64,000 nt of DNA from IMG/VR virus record IMGVR_UViG_3300046501_000460, positions 1 through 64,000 of that record; one strand, given 5' to 3'. Source of the stretch: a virus. Below the pieces are notes generated by a model, which did no database searches, was not told where the DNA came from, and saw only the letters and a program-made list of their open reading frames with translations. The translations under genes and the position numbers were made by a program. Positions 29,201 to 40,761 of the stretch are shown piece by piece. The number at the start of each line of letters is the position of its first letter. Within the stretch, counting starts at the first letter, position 1.

Positions 29201-31971
29201 TCGGCCATCCGCAACGCCGAGCGTGCCATCGAGGCGCGCGTCACCGAACTGCTGGAGGACGACGGACAATGAACGGCATTACCACCCGCGACATCGAACA
29301 CTACAACCCCAGCTGCAACGCCCGCGGCACGATCAAAGCCGGCACGCCGGTACGCCATGTCCGGAAGGATGGTTGGGCTGGCTGGGTGCTCACGACCCGC
29401 CCCGACTGGATGTGGGACTGGGACTGGCAGCACCACTTCGTCGACGTGCCGGCCGACGCCGTACAGGAGACACCATGAGCTGCACTATCTGCGGCAAGCC
29501 GATCGTGCTGGTGCCATCGGCGGCCGAGCGCGCCGCCAAGGACGTCACCGGCAGGCCGGCCAGTTATTACACCGGGCTGTTCCGCCAGCATAGCGACTGC
29601 TTTCTCGAGCAGCGCGCCCACGACACCACGGCGCTGATGCGCCGCCTCAACAAGGAGAAATCATGATCATCGCACTACCCAACGACGGCCGCGGCCTGCT
29701 GTACCACGTCACCGATTTGGACGGCCGCACCGTGCACGCCTATCGCGACCTCGACGCCGCCATTCGGTCGCGCGAGGGCGACCAGCGCATCTTCATCCAG
29801 TGCGAGGCCGATGGTAGCTGGCTGACTGGCCCGCCGACGCCGGTGGTTCGCCCGCTGGGCGACGTGCTGGCCGGCGAGACGCCAGCGATGGCGCGCACGT
29901 ACGCCCAGTATCGCGATCTGCTGGAAGCTGCGCCCGGCGCGGCCGAGCTCGACCGCATCCGCGCCAATATCACCTGCGCGACCCGCGCCAGCCAGCTGAA
30001 CCTTGTGCAGGCGGGCCGGCTGTACGACCGCGCTGACGCCATCCAACGCAGCAAGGAGGCGTCATGACCGAATACATCGACAAGCAGGGCGGCCGCGTCC
30101 AGCCCATCGACGTGCTGGCCGACCCGGTCGAGTTCTACCCGTCCGGCGGCGGCTTCCTTCACAACATGCCGCGTGCACGCTTCCTCGAAGAGTTCCGGCC
30201 GGCGCCGACGAAGAAGTGGCGCCGCGCCACCACGTCGGCCGACTGGATCGATCTCGGCGCCGGCGACCAGATCTCGTACCTGCCCTGCTGGTCCGACGGC
30301 AGCTTGTGGAATGGCTGGGGCATGCCCGCCTTCGCCCGCGTCGAGGTCGACTATCAGATCGGGATCAGCAAGCAGGGCGGCCTGTTCCCGATGCGCTGGG
30401 AAGGCGACAACGTCGTCGTGACGGACGAGGACGGAGACTACGCCATCGCGCCGCTGACGATGCCGGACGGCTCGCTGGCGTGGGATATCGGCGCCGGCAG
30501 CTGGTGCTGGGACCGCTGCATGGTCGTGCCGACCCTGCCCGAGACCCTGGTGCGCATGCAGAAGGAGGTGCTGGACTGCATCAGCATCGGGCAGGTGCCG
30601 GAGACGGTCGCCAGCCTGGAAGCGCTGGCCGACATCATCGACATCAACGAGCTGGGCGGCTTCTGTGAAGACGAGCTGGCCGACCGCCTGATCGCCCACT
30701 TCGGCGGTCGCGACGAACACGAGGGCATGCCGCAGGCGATGCTCGACTACATCAACGCCGCGCAGGCCCAGCTCGATGGCTGGCTCAAGGCCGGCGGCCA
30801 CAAGGAGAAGAAATGAGAGTCATCAGCGATGCGCCCATACCAGGCACCGAGGACCTGTTTCACACACTTGTCGAGCGTGCCCCGGACGAAGACCTCCACA
30901 CTTCCGTGGCCGACGGCTTCTACCAGATCGGTCACGTTGTCGTGCCTGGCCACTACCTCAACGACATGCGTCGCGTCGCATGGGACGTCGAGGCGCAGGA
31001 GTGGAAGGTGGTGCGATGAGCTACCCATGCACCATCTTTTTGCAGCCGCACGGCCGCCGCGACCAGATCATGATCCAGGATATCGATCCGGACGATGAGG
31101 CCTGGTTCCGTACGAACAGCGTCAAGCTCTCGATGGAGGCGGGCGCTCCCGGCGAGGTCATCGTCTACGCCGACATCGGCCTCGTCGATGAAGACGGCGA
31201 GCCGGAAGAAATCATCGTGTTCTCGGACACGATGGACTGTATCGAAACCCTGCACAAGCTGCGCGAGGCGTGCGAGGAACGTAAAGCGAAGGAGCAGTCA
31301 TGAACACCTCCAAACTACTTGCCCAATCGCAGCGCTTTGTCCAAGCACTCGACGAGCTGGGCTTCAACGCCGACGCTGGTGTCAGCGGCGCCGACACCGT
31401 CGACGTCATCTGTTGGCACCTGCCGCTGCTCAACAAACTGCCGGCGCTGTGCGAGCTTGCGGATGCGGTCGGCACGTTCCTGAGCGCCAAGGTGCCCGAG
31501 GACGGCAGCTACTCGCAGATCATCGAGCCGCTGCTCGCTGCGCACACAAAACTGAAAGGAGCCTGACATGCCCTACGAAACCGTTCGGGTCGACCCCGAA
31601 CTTTTCTGCACGACGCACAACGGCGTCAACGTCTTCTGCACCTACAAGGACGACGAGATCGCGCAGGGTCGCCGGCGCTACTGGTACACGCTGCATGCGA
31701 GTGATGACGACCACGCTTTCGACGTGCGCGAATTCGACTCGGCCTACCATCTGGATCAGCATCCGCCCTACCTGCAGACGGCCAAGACGCCAGACGACAT
31801 GAAGGCGCTGAAGGCCGCCTGGGACCACTGGTTCGATGTCGAAGAGCCAGACCACATCCGCGCCATCATCGAGGCGTCGATCGACGCCGGCCTGATCCCG
31901 CTGCCCGAGGACATGGCGGACAACACCATCGAGCCGGGCACCGCCGACGCCACTGATACGGTGCGTCTGGA

Positions 31972-32170
31972 ATGAAAGAATCCGACATCGCCCACGAGAA
32001 CAGCCGCTACTGGGTGCCGCGACGTGAAGCGCGCCGCGTACACCGTCTACGTCAGCGGCGCCACCCATTCCACCAGCGACAGCAGCTACCCGCTCACCGC
32101 GGACGGCCTATCGCTGGCCAAAGCCCGGGCCGATTATCTGGCCGGGCGCGACAAGGAGAAGACGAAATGA
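31972..32170 (+). pseudogene. Small ORF with an apparent frameshift near 32017
   Basis: MKESDIAHENSRYWV continues with good codon usage in another frame (RDVKRAAYTVYVSG...KEKTK*), whose stop overlaps the next ATG (ATGA). Confidence 0.55.
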
Positions 32171-32449
32171 CACGTGAGCGTGAAACCTACAACCAGGAGC
32201 TTGCGGCGATCGACCGGCAGACGCGCGCGGCCCGCAAGGAGCTGAACGCGTTGATTCGCGGCGCCGAGGCCTTCGACCTCGTGCTGACGATCGAGCAGTC
32301 GCCGCTGTGGCCGCCGGCCATGGGCAATTACGAGACCGTCGGCAAGGTGCGCCTGTCGCGTGAGCGGTACCAACGACTTGCGGCGCTGAAGGCCGCGGCC
32401 GAGAAGTCCGAAACGAAATAACCCACCACCCACCCACAAAGGAACCCAC

Positions 32450-34492
32450 ATGTCCGACCAATTCCACCTCTTTTCCAAAGCCGTGCACGCCCAGTTTACC
32501 GAGATGATCAAGGGCGAGCTCTTCGTCGTCGACATCGACGGCGACACCCTGTACGAAGCCTACCAGGCGGCCTTTCCGGCCGGCACCAACGAGATCTTCC
32601 GCACGCGGCGCGAGCACGAGTGCAGCTGCTGTGAGAATTTCATCCGCAACATCGGCAACGTGGTGTCGATCCGCGACGGCAAGCTGGTGACGGTGTGGGA
32701 TGTGACGGTGCTGGCGCTGCCGGTCCCGTACGGACAGGTGGCCAGCACACTTGCCGCGGCGGTCCGCGCCGGTACGATCAAGTCCGTGTTCCGCAGCGAG
32801 ATGCCGTCCTATGGCGCCGAGAAGACGGCCGAGCCGGCCAACGAAAAGAACGGCGGTTGCCAGATTATCTGGAACCACTTCCACGGCAAGGTCGCCAAGG
32901 CGCACTATGCCGGCAAGGAAGCCGCGGCGCGCATCGGCGAGGCAGCCGCGCTGGCCCAGGTGCTGGGCCGCGGCTTGCGCGAGATCCGCCCGGACGATGT
33001 CCAGACCGTGCTCGAGCTGATCGACGCGAACGCGCTGTATCGCGGCGCCGAGAAGCGCCATGTCGTGCAGGGCTTCCAGCACCTGCAGGGTGACTTTCTG
33101 CTCACCGAGACCGAGCAGGAGGACCTGTTCATCTGGTCCAACATCTCCCACCCGGCTGCGCGCACCCGAAACGACGTCATCGGCACGCTGCTGACAGACC
33201 TTGCGGAAGGCAAGCCGCTGGAACTGGCCGTCAAGTCCTACGAGGACAAGGTGTCGGGCACGAACTACAAGCGCCCGACGGCCTTGATCACGCCGCGCAT
33301 GGTGGAAGACGCGATGAGGACCGTGCAGGAACTGGGCCTCGAGCCCGCGCTGCAGCGCCGCTTCGCGCGCATCGACGACGTGTCCGTCAACGATATCCGC
33401 TTCGTCGACAACGCGGTGCGCGGCCGCATGAAGGGCGGCCTGTCCGATCTGCTGATGGCCGAGGCGAAGAAGAACGTGACGGTCGACGCCGGCGCCGCGC
33501 AGGATATCGGCGTCGACGACTTCCTCGCGACCGTCGTGCCGAAGGCGAAGTCGATGTCGGTGCTGCTGAAGAACCGGCACCTGCCGAACTTCGTCAGCCT
33601 GACGGCGCCTGTGCACGCCGACGCGCCGCCGCTGTTCAAATGGGACAACGGCTTCGCCTGGTCGTACGACGGCAACGTGACCGATTCGATCAAGGATCGC
33701 GTGAAGGCGGCCGGCGGCGTTACTGACGCGGTGATGCGTGTGTCGCTGGCCTGGTTTAATTTCGACGACCTCGACCTGCATGCGATCGAGCCGGGCGGCC
33801 ATGAGATCTGCTTCCACCAGTACCGCAAGGGTCGTACCCCGGCCTTCTCCCCGAACGGCGGCCAGCTCGACGTCGACATGAATGCCGGCGGCGGCTCCAC
33901 TCGTAACGCGGTCGAGAACATCATCTGGCAGAAGGTGCCCGGCGACGGCGAGTACCGCGTTGTCGTGCACAATTATTCGAAGCGCGAGACCACCGATAAC
34001 GGCTACACGCTGGAAGTCGAATTCGGCGGTGTCGTGCGCCAGTTCAGCTGCCCGGTCTCGCCGCGCAACAACGGCCAGGACCTCGCGCTGGTGATCACGA
34101 TGAAGGGCGGCCGCATCGCGCAGATCCAGTGCGGCGTCGGCATCGAAGCCGGCGACAAGGCGCAGGAGAAGTGGGGCGTGCACACCGAGCAGTTCGTGAA
34201 GGTCGACACCCTGATGCTCTCGCCCAATCACTGGGGTGAGCAGGCCGTCGGCGCCAAGCACACGATCTTCATCCTCGACGGCTGCAAGAATCCGGCGCCG
34301 ACGCGCGGCGTCTACAACGAGTTCCTGCGCAGCGACCTCGACAAGCACCGCAAGGTGTTCGAACTGCTGGGCGCGAAGACCATGTGCCAGCCCGCCGCCG
34401 ACCAGCTGTCCGGCGTCGGCTTTACGGCGGCGCGCGGCGATGAAGTCGTCGTCCAGGTGGACGGCGGCCGGCAGTACAACGTGAAGTTCTAA
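32450..34492 (+). CDS. Large conserved phage protein (680 aa) with a DUF2135/YfaP-like domain
   Basis: HECSCCENFI near the N-terminus; RVSLAWFNFDDLDLH...LDVDMN...VENI resembles DUF2135. Confidence 0.7.
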   Translation: MSDQFHLFSKAVHAQFTEMIKGELFVVDIDGDTLYEAYQAAFPAGTNEIFRTRREHECSCCENFIRNIGNVVSIRDGKLVTVWDVTVLALPVPYGQVASTLAAAVRAGTIKSVFRSEMPSYGAEKTAEPANEKNGGCQIIWNHFHGKVAKAHYAGKEAAARIGEAAALAQVLGRGLREIRPDDVQTVLELIDANALYRGAEKRHVVQGFQHLQGDFLLTETEQEDLFIWSNISHPAARTRNDVIGTLLTDLAEGKPLELAVKSYEDKVSGTNYKRPTALITPRMVEDAMRTVQELGLEPALQRRFARIDDVSVNDIRFVDNAVRGRMKGGLSDLLMAEAKKNVTVDAGAAQDIGVDDFLATVVPKAKSMSVLLKNRHLPNFVSLTAPVHADAPPLFKWDNGFAWSYDGNVTDSIKDRVKAAGGVTDAVMRVSLAWFNFDDLDLHAIEPGGHEICFHQYRKGRTPAFSPNGGQLDVDMNAGGGSTRNAVENIIWQKVPGDGEYRVVVHNYSKRETTDNGYTLEVEFGGVVRQFSCPVSPRNNGQDLALVITMKGGRIAQIQCGVGIEAGDKAQEKWGVHTEQFVKVDTLMLSPNHWGEQAVGAKHTIFILDGCKNPAPTRGVYNEFLRSDLDKHRKVFELLGAKTMCQPAADQLSGVGFTAARGDEVVVQVDGGRQYNVKF

Positions 34493-34520
34493 CCACCCAC
34501 CCACCATGAAAGGAAATACC

Positions 34521-34958
34521 ATGTCTGAAAACACCGTCAACATCTTCGAGCAAGCGACCCGCCAGAAGCTGCGCTTCGATACGCCCACGCACTCCGGCCT
34601 CTCCATCGAGCAGCTGTGGGATCTGCCGCTGCAGACCACCCGCACCAACCAGTCCGACCTCGACGGCGCCGGCCGTGTGCTGATCAAGGCGCTGCGCGAG
34701 CTCGACGACGACAGCCTCGTCACGCCGCGCAACACCGATGCGCATGCCGAACTGGAACTGAAGCTGGCCGTCGTCAAGCACATCATCGGCGTGCGCCAGG
34801 CCGAAGGTGCTGCCAAGGCGGCACGCGTCGCTGCAGCAGGCGAGGCCCAGCAGCTGGAATCCCTGCTTGCGACGAAGAAGGCGGCCGAGCTGCAGAACCT
34901 GCCGACCGAGGAAATCGAGAAGCGCCTGGCCGAGGCCCGCGCCCGCGCCGCCAGCTGA
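34521..34958 (+). CDS. Conserved phage helical protein, probable partner of the upstream 680-aa protein
   Basis: NIFEQATRQKLRF...LSIEQLWDLPL motif. Confidence 0.7.
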   Translation: MSENTVNIFEQATRQKLRFDTPTHSGLSIEQLWDLPLQTTRTNQSDLDGAGRVLIKALRELDDDSLVTPRNTDAHAELELKLAVVKHIIGVRQAEGAAKAARVAAAGEAQQLESLLATKKAAELQNLPTEEIEKRLAEARARAAS

Positions 34959-35269
34959 TCAACGTGACGGGAGGCTGCGGCCTCCCGCTGGAGAAACCTA
35001 TGAAGAAACGCCGCATCGCCAAGCCGGAGGTCGAAGATGCCTGACCGACGCTGGCACACCACCTGGTGGTGGTTCCTGATCGGCTGGGTCTGGCACGGCG
35101 AGCGCCGCTCCGGCTTCGACCGGCGCCAGCGCACCGCCGACCTGCCCGCCATCAACCGCACACTGCTCGGCCTGCCGATCGTCATCGACGACAGCGTGCC
35201 GCCCGGGCATGTCGAATTCCGCAGCGGCCGGCGCACGGTCGACATCGAAATTAATACGAAGGAAGAAAA

Positions 35270-35578
35270 ATGAAAGTCCAACTGTACGCCTACCTGACCG
35301 AATTCGATATGCAGTACCTCAAGCCGGAAGACCTGCGCGATGTCGACAAGTTGGTTCCCCAGCTGCACTACTCCACCGTGGATCCGGCCCGGATCAGCAA
35401 CGTGACCGTCGGCACCGCCGAGATCGATGTCGAGCTGCTGCCGCCCGAGCAGATCATCGGCAATGCCGTGCTGTCCCTGCGCTCCAAGGCGGCTGGTGTT
35501 CGCGCCAAGGCGACGGCCGAGGCGGCCGTGTTGGAAGGTAAGGCGCAGCAGCTGCTGGCCATCGAGAACAAATCGTAG
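35270..35578 (+). CDS. Hypothetical protein
   Basis: 102 aa with a C-terminal QQLLAIE tail common in phage proteins. Confidence 0.65.
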   Translation: MKVQLYAYLTEFDMQYLKPEDLRDVDKLVPQLHYSTVDPARISNVTVGTAEIDVELLPPEQIIGNAVLSLRSKAAGVRAKATAEAAVLEGKAQQLLAIENKS

Positions 35579-35628
35579 AGCTATACACCTTTTACCTGTG
35601 GTAGAGTTCTGCTTTCGTTGGAGGAACT

Positions 35629-36318
35629 ATGCCGCAGAGAAAATACCTGATTGGCCAAAAATTTGGCCGTCTCACCGTGGTAGCGATCGCTGCCGAATCC
35701 GAGTGGACGCCATCACCGTTCCGAAAGGGGCGGCAGCCTGTTCCCTGGAAGTGCCTTTGTGATTGCGGTAAGACCGTATTCACGGACACCAGTCACCTGA
35801 CCAAGGGGAACACACGAAGCTGTGGGTGCCTCCAGAGGGACGTGACAAGTGTTCGAGCCAGGTCCCATGGGCATTCCACAGGCGGCAAGCTATCGCCAAC
35901 CTACCACAGCTGGGCGGCCATGTGGACCCGAGTCACCAACCCGAGGCAGCGCAGTTTCAAGGACTACGGTGCGCGCGGAATTACTGTCTGCCCAGAGTGG
36001 AAATCCTTCGAGCGATTCCTTGCGGATATGGGCGAGAGGCCAAGCGGGCTGACCCTGGAAAGGTGCCGTGTGAACGAAGGGTACAGACCGGACAACTGTT
36101 ATTGGGCGGACGGCGAAACTCAGGGAAACAACCGGCAGGCGCAGCGTAAATACTTTGTGGATGGCCGATGGTACGGACTACTGCAGCTTTCGAGGTACTG
36201 GGGCCTGAACCCGTATCAGACACGGAAGCGCATTTCGAATTCTTCAATTAAAGACAATACAGGAGGTGTTTATGGGCTGGCTCTGGATGCACAAGCCGAA
36301 AGGCATGAAGGTCGCTGA
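35629..36318 (+). CDS. HNH-type homing endonuclease
   Basis: GQKFGRLTV, WKCLCDCG, TRSCGC, YGARGITVCPEW, FLADMGERP and GYRPDNCYWA motifs; lower GC than flanks. Confidence 0.85.
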   Translation: MPQRKYLIGQKFGRLTVVAIAAESEWTPSPFRKGRQPVPWKCLCDCGKTVFTDTSHLTKGNTRSCGCLQRDVTSVRARSHGHSTGGKLSPTYHSWAAMWTRVTNPRQRSFKDYGARGITVCPEWKSFERFLADMGERPSGLTLERCRVNEGYRPDNCYWADGETQGNNRQAQRKYFVDGRWYGLLQLSRYWGLNPYQTRKRISNSSIKDNTGGVYGLALDAQAERHEGR

Positions 36319-36814
36319 TTTCTTGATCAACTATTCCGGTGCGTTGCGTTGGTCAGAGTCTCCGTACACGTATCGTGTGCTCGATCATTCAATAGTACGG
36401 TTGAGAACTGCGTATTTTGCAGTGGAGCAGGTCCACAAGGAGACCGGCGAGCGCCGCGTCTGGGCCGCCGTGTTCCTGCTTGGCTTCTGCCCGAAGAGCG
36501 AGCACAACTTCGGTTACAAGGACATGGATGAGAGCTGCGGACCTTGCGAGAGTGAGTGCCCCGAACGCATCCTCGACCTGCTCACGCCGACCGAATACGA
36601 GCACGCGATCGACTGGCGCGCTCGCTGCCGCGCGTACCACGAGCGGCGCCGCGCGCGGCCGAAGATCAAGGTCGGCGACACGTTGGTGTACGGCGGTCGC
36701 GATTATCGCGTCAGCAGCCGGGCTGGTCGCTCGTGGTTGATCGTCGGCACCGATGGCTGCCAGTATCGAATGACCGATGCGCGCGCCCGCCGCGCGGAAG
36801 TGAGGCCGGCATGA
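36272..36814 (+). CDS. Conserved hypothetical protein (DUF6927-like)
   Basis: MGW start, FGYKDMDESCGP..SECPERILDLLTPT, WRARCR. Confidence 0.7.
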   Translation: MGWLWMHKPKGMKVADFLINYSGALRWSESPYTYRVLDHSIVRLRTAYFAVEQVHKETGERRVWAAVFLLGFCPKSEHNFGYKDMDESCGPCESECPERILDLLTPTEYEHAIDWRARCRAYHERRRARPKIKVGDTLVYGGRDYRVSSRAGRSWLIVGTDGCQYRMTDARARRAEVRPA

Positions 36815-37952
36815 GCACCCGACGCCGCGGCGTGCCGCACAACCCGGCCGCCGGCTACGCCTTCACCCTGCTCGACGAGATCCGCGCCTCCAAAACCGAC
36901 CCGCTGCCGCTGGCACAGCGGCAGGCGCGCGTGAAGGATGCACGCGACAACCTCGCCATGCTGACGCACGGCGCCGAACCGTCGCGCTTTCACTGGCGCG
37001 TGCTGGCCACGGTCGGCAACATCTTCGAGGTGATGCTCGAACTTGAGATGGTGAACGATCCGGAGGGCCTGCTGTGGAAGGCCCAGAACACGCTCAAGGC
37101 GGCCGCCGAATACTCGATCGAGCACGGCGTCGCTCCGCGGCTTGTGGGCGAGGAGGCCGAGACGATCGCGTCCCTGATCAACGCCTACGAGGAGGTGATG
37201 GCGGTGATCTCGCATCGCGAATTCATCCGGGTGCTGCGCGAGACCGACAAGCGCATGCGCGTGCTGCGGCCCGGCGACTACAACGCTAACCCTGCCAAGC
37301 GCCGCAAACCCTGACATGGCCGACTATCACATCCCTGTGTTCCTCGAACAGCCTGTCGTCGAGGAGCCGCCCAAACCCCCACCGCGCCGCGTCCGGCCGC
37401 CTGTCGACACGTTCGAGACGGTCAGCGAGCGGATCGAAAGCCTCAGAGCGCACCTCGCCGTTTACCGGGCCCGGGTCACGAATCTGACCCAGCGTGCCGC
37501 TGTGCTGCGTGAGCAGGCGCGCCAGCTGGAGCTGCAGGCCGAAGAGCTCGATCCCATCATGCAGGACATCAGCCGGGTCCGCAACGTCCTGTACCAGAAG
37601 CGGCTGCGGCTGCGGCTGCGCCCACCACCCGAAGGAGAAACAACATGTTCCACCCCTACGTCATCAGCCTCGACAACGACAAGTACCGCGTCATCAACGA
37701 CAACGGAATCCTGACCTTTCTGCGCTACGGTGCCGCGTGGCCGTCAGCGCAGGAAAGCCTGGCGTTTTCGAAGGTCGTGCTGGCCATGGCCCAGCGCATC
37801 GAGGAGCTGGAGGTCGCGATCGGCGAGGTGCTGGGCGGTACCATGCAGGCGAATGGGCAGCGCGCTACGGATGGCATGAAGTATGCCGCCGTGATGGGCA
37901 AGCCAGTCGGGCACTGGCAGGAGCGCCTGCAGCGCGTGCTGGAGCAGAAATA

Positions 37953-38531
37953 ATGCCCACCCCAACCCTCACCCGCAAGCAGTACCTCGGCCGCCGGCAG
38001 GAGATGTTCGAGAAGTGGCTGGTCGAGCGCGGCGCCGAATTGCTCACGCCCACCAACGAATGGGAGCTGCTGCGCTTCCGGACCGAGAAGGGCACCGGCA
38101 TCATCTACACGAACAAGCACGGCCATCTGACGTGGATGGGCCCGGCTACTGAGGCATACCTTGCGCACGTCAGCAACCGGTCCAGCTGGCGCGCGGTGCC
38201 TAGGGAGGAGCGCAAGTACAAGTCGAGCCCGACGTGCCAGGCGCTGCGCCGGCGCGACGGCGATGCTTGCTTTTACTGCCATCTGCCGGTCGCCGTCGAG
38301 GACGAGTCGGTCGAGCACCTCGTGAACCTGACGCATCAAGGTCCGGACCACATCGCCAACATGGCGCTGGCGCACCGCGACTGCAACCGCGAGGCCGGCC
38401 ATCTGTCGGTGATGGAGAAGATCCGCTTCCGCGAGACGTGCTGGCAGCGCCTGCACACGCATGGCACGCTGGCGAACCCTGCGCTGGAGATGGTCGAGGC
38501 GCCCGGCGAAATCACACCACCTTGGGACTGA
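37953..38531 (+). CDS. HNH endonuclease domain protein
   Basis: RDGDACFYC...SVEHLV...GPDHIANMALAHRDCN. Confidence 0.8.
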   Translation: MPTPTLTRKQYLGRRQEMFEKWLVERGAELLTPTNEWELLRFRTEKGTGIIYTNKHGHLTWMGPATEAYLAHVSNRSSWRAVPREERKYKSSPTCQALRRRDGDACFYCHLPVAVEDESVEHLVNLTHQGPDHIANMALAHRDCNREAGHLSVMEKIRFRETCWQRLHTHGTLANPALEMVEAPGEITPPWD

Positions 38532-39744
38532 ATATGGAACACGGAAAACCACACACCACGAAGCACGTCGCCATGTATTGCGACTGGAAGGGCGGTGGCC
38601 TGGGCGATCTGCTCAAGGTCCGGTTGGAAGGTATGACGCTGATCGACGATCGTGACCTCGCGCGGCTGCTGCATTACCAGGCCGTGATGGAAGCTGAGCC
38701 GCTGCCATCGCATGTCGTCGACGTCCTACATCTGGCGCTCAAGGCGCTGGGCGGCCCGCGCGGCGCCAAGCCGAAAACGCAGAAGGGCATCGACGCGAGG
38801 GAGGCGATCCGCAACCTCCTTGCGACAGCGCCGATCGAGAGGGAGGCCTGATATGAACCCACCAACCATCCGAGAAGCCCTCGACCACCTGAGCGAACAC
38901 TACGGCCTGACGGCAGCCCAGGTGCGGGAACTGGTGCGCACGCCGCTGCATCCACGCGAGTTGCGTGATGAGTTTGCCGGTCGCGCCATGCAGACGCTCG
39001 TTGGTCAGGGCTGGCCTGATGCCGGCCGCATGGCCGAGGAGGTGTACAAGGTGGCCGATGCCATGCTCGCGGCCCGATTGCCCAAGGAGACCTGACATGA
39101 ACCTCTGGAGCGTCACCATCACGTTCACCGACGGCACCTACTACAGCGACATCTGGGCCACGACGCCCGGCGGCGCGCTGCAGCTGGCCCTGACGGACGC
39201 GCGCGGCGTCGAGACCACGCCGCTCTTCACCGGCGAGGTGCGCGACGTCGTCATCAACTGGAAGGAAAAATCATGATGTATCTCTACGGCATGCGCGTCA
39301 TCGAGTCGCCCTACGTTAATGACGCAGCCCGGTTCGAACTGGGTCCGGGCGTGCGCCAGTTCCTGACGCCGGAATACCTCGCCCAGTTCGACATCTGGTC
39401 GCGCAGCTTCTTCGGCATCAAGCCCACCATCTACAAGGCGCAGGATCCCGCTGGCGACGTGCTGATCGTCTCGCCGTACGGCTATGAGATCTTATGCCGC
39501 GCCGCACCGAAAGAATACCTGCCATGACTACCCACATCCTGCGCATCGACGCGCACTGCATGGACGTCGAGATGGAGGCCCTGTTCCTGCGCAACTACGA
39601 CGTCCGGATCGCCGAGCGCCACAACGCCCCGTGGGAGTGGGCCTTCGTCGGCACTCGCCAGAACCTGGCCCAGATGGTCACCGACCACTGGGGCTATCCG
39701 GAGGACGAGCTGCCTGGCGTCCTCGACCTGATTAAGGAGCAGAC

Positions 39745-40422
39745 GTGACCACCCACACCGTCCACTTTTCGCGCATCGCCAACAACGCCAAGACTGGGCC
39801 GATCCCGGTCACCACCAGCAGCCGCAGCACCTGCCCCACGACCTGCGCGTTCAAGAACAACGGCTGCTACGCCGAGAACTTCCCGCTCAAGCTGCACTGG
39901 GACCGCGTCTCGCGCGGCGAGCGCGGTATGGCCTGGGAGGGCCTCGTCGACGAGATCAGCCGGCTGCCGAAGGGCCAGCTGTGGCGACACAACCAGGCCG
40001 GCGATCTGCCGGGCGCGGACGACGTCATCGACGGCGCAGCGCTCAAGCAGCTGGTGCGCGCCAATCGCGGCCGCCGCGGCTTCACGTACACGCACTACCC
40101 GACGTCGCCGGCGAATCTGCGCGCGCTGCGCCACGCGAACAAGAACGGCTTCACGATCAATCTGTCGGCGGACTCACTGGCCGACGCGGACCGACTTGCT
40201 AAGCACCGCTTGCCGATGGTCGTGGTGGTGCCGCAAGGCTGGGAGGGCGGCACCACGCCGGCCGGGCGCAAGGTGACGCTGTGCCCGGCGCAGTTCATGG
40301 ACGCCATGAACTGCGCCAACTGCGGGCTGTGTCAAAAAGCCGATAGGCATGCTATCGTCGCGTTTGAAGCGCACGGGGCGCGCCGCGCCCATGTGTCGCG
40401 CATAGCGAACACGGGGGAATAG
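39745..40422 (+). CDS. Cys-rich conserved phage protein (DUF7227/Gp88-like)
   Basis: NAKTGPIP, CPTTC..KNNGCYA, RHNQAGDL, FTYTH and CPAQ...CANCGLC motifs. Confidence 0.7.
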   Translation: MTTHTVHFSRIANNAKTGPIPVTTSSRSTCPTTCAFKNNGCYAENFPLKLHWDRVSRGERGMAWEGLVDEISRLPKGQLWRHNQAGDLPGADDVIDGAALKQLVRANRGRRGFTYTHYPTSPANLRALRHANKNGFTINLSADSLADADRLAKHRLPMVVVVPQGWEGGTTPAGRKVTLCPAQFMDAMNCANCGLCQKADRHAIVAFEAHGARRAHVSRIANTGE

Positions 40423-40602
40423 CCATGCTACATACTGTCACCATCACGCATGTCGTCGAAGCCGACACGTGGGACGGCGCCATCGAGAAGGTGCTGCGAA
40501 ATCCGATCGCGCATGTGGCCGACTGCCGGGTCAAGACGCCCGGCAGGCAGCTGATGCACGTCATGGCCAGCGTATTCAAGGAGGCGTACGAGCGCCTCCA
40601 GC

Positions 40603-40761
40603 TTACGGCTTGACCTTGATGTAGGTCGGCGCCTTCGCCGGGAGTGCTGGTGGTGACGGTGCTGCAGCCGGCTGTTCGGCCGACTGCTCTTCGGCCGCGG
40701 CCTGGGCGCGCTGCTGCGCGGCGACGAGCGCCGCTGCGCTGAACGTGACTTCCTGTGCCAT
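40603..40761 (-). CDS. Small hypothetical protein, last gene of the antisense island
   Basis: MAQEVTFSAAALVAAQQRAQ..., coupled to the upstream stop. Confidence 0.5.
   Translation of the reverse strand: MAQEVTFSAAALVAAQQRAQAAAEEQSAEQPAAAPSPPALPAKAPTYIKVKP

Larger units (their letters stand above)
19709..40613 (+). other. Early accessory region: more than 50 small, translationally coupled hypothetical ORFs
   Basis: Continuous chain of ORFs with ATGA/TGATG overlaps and AGGA RBSs, e.g. 19709-19885, 20425-20784, 21054-21545, 22491-22802, 23130-23588, 24148-24519, 28674-29081, 30064-30816, 31568-31975, 36811-37314. Confidence 0.8.

Noticed and set aside
32108-35368. 1086-aa minus-strand ORF, and similar long antisense ORFs at 50688-53714 and 58536-61367
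   Set aside because: These are shadow ORFs opposite real high-GC3 genes; they have no motifs or RBS.
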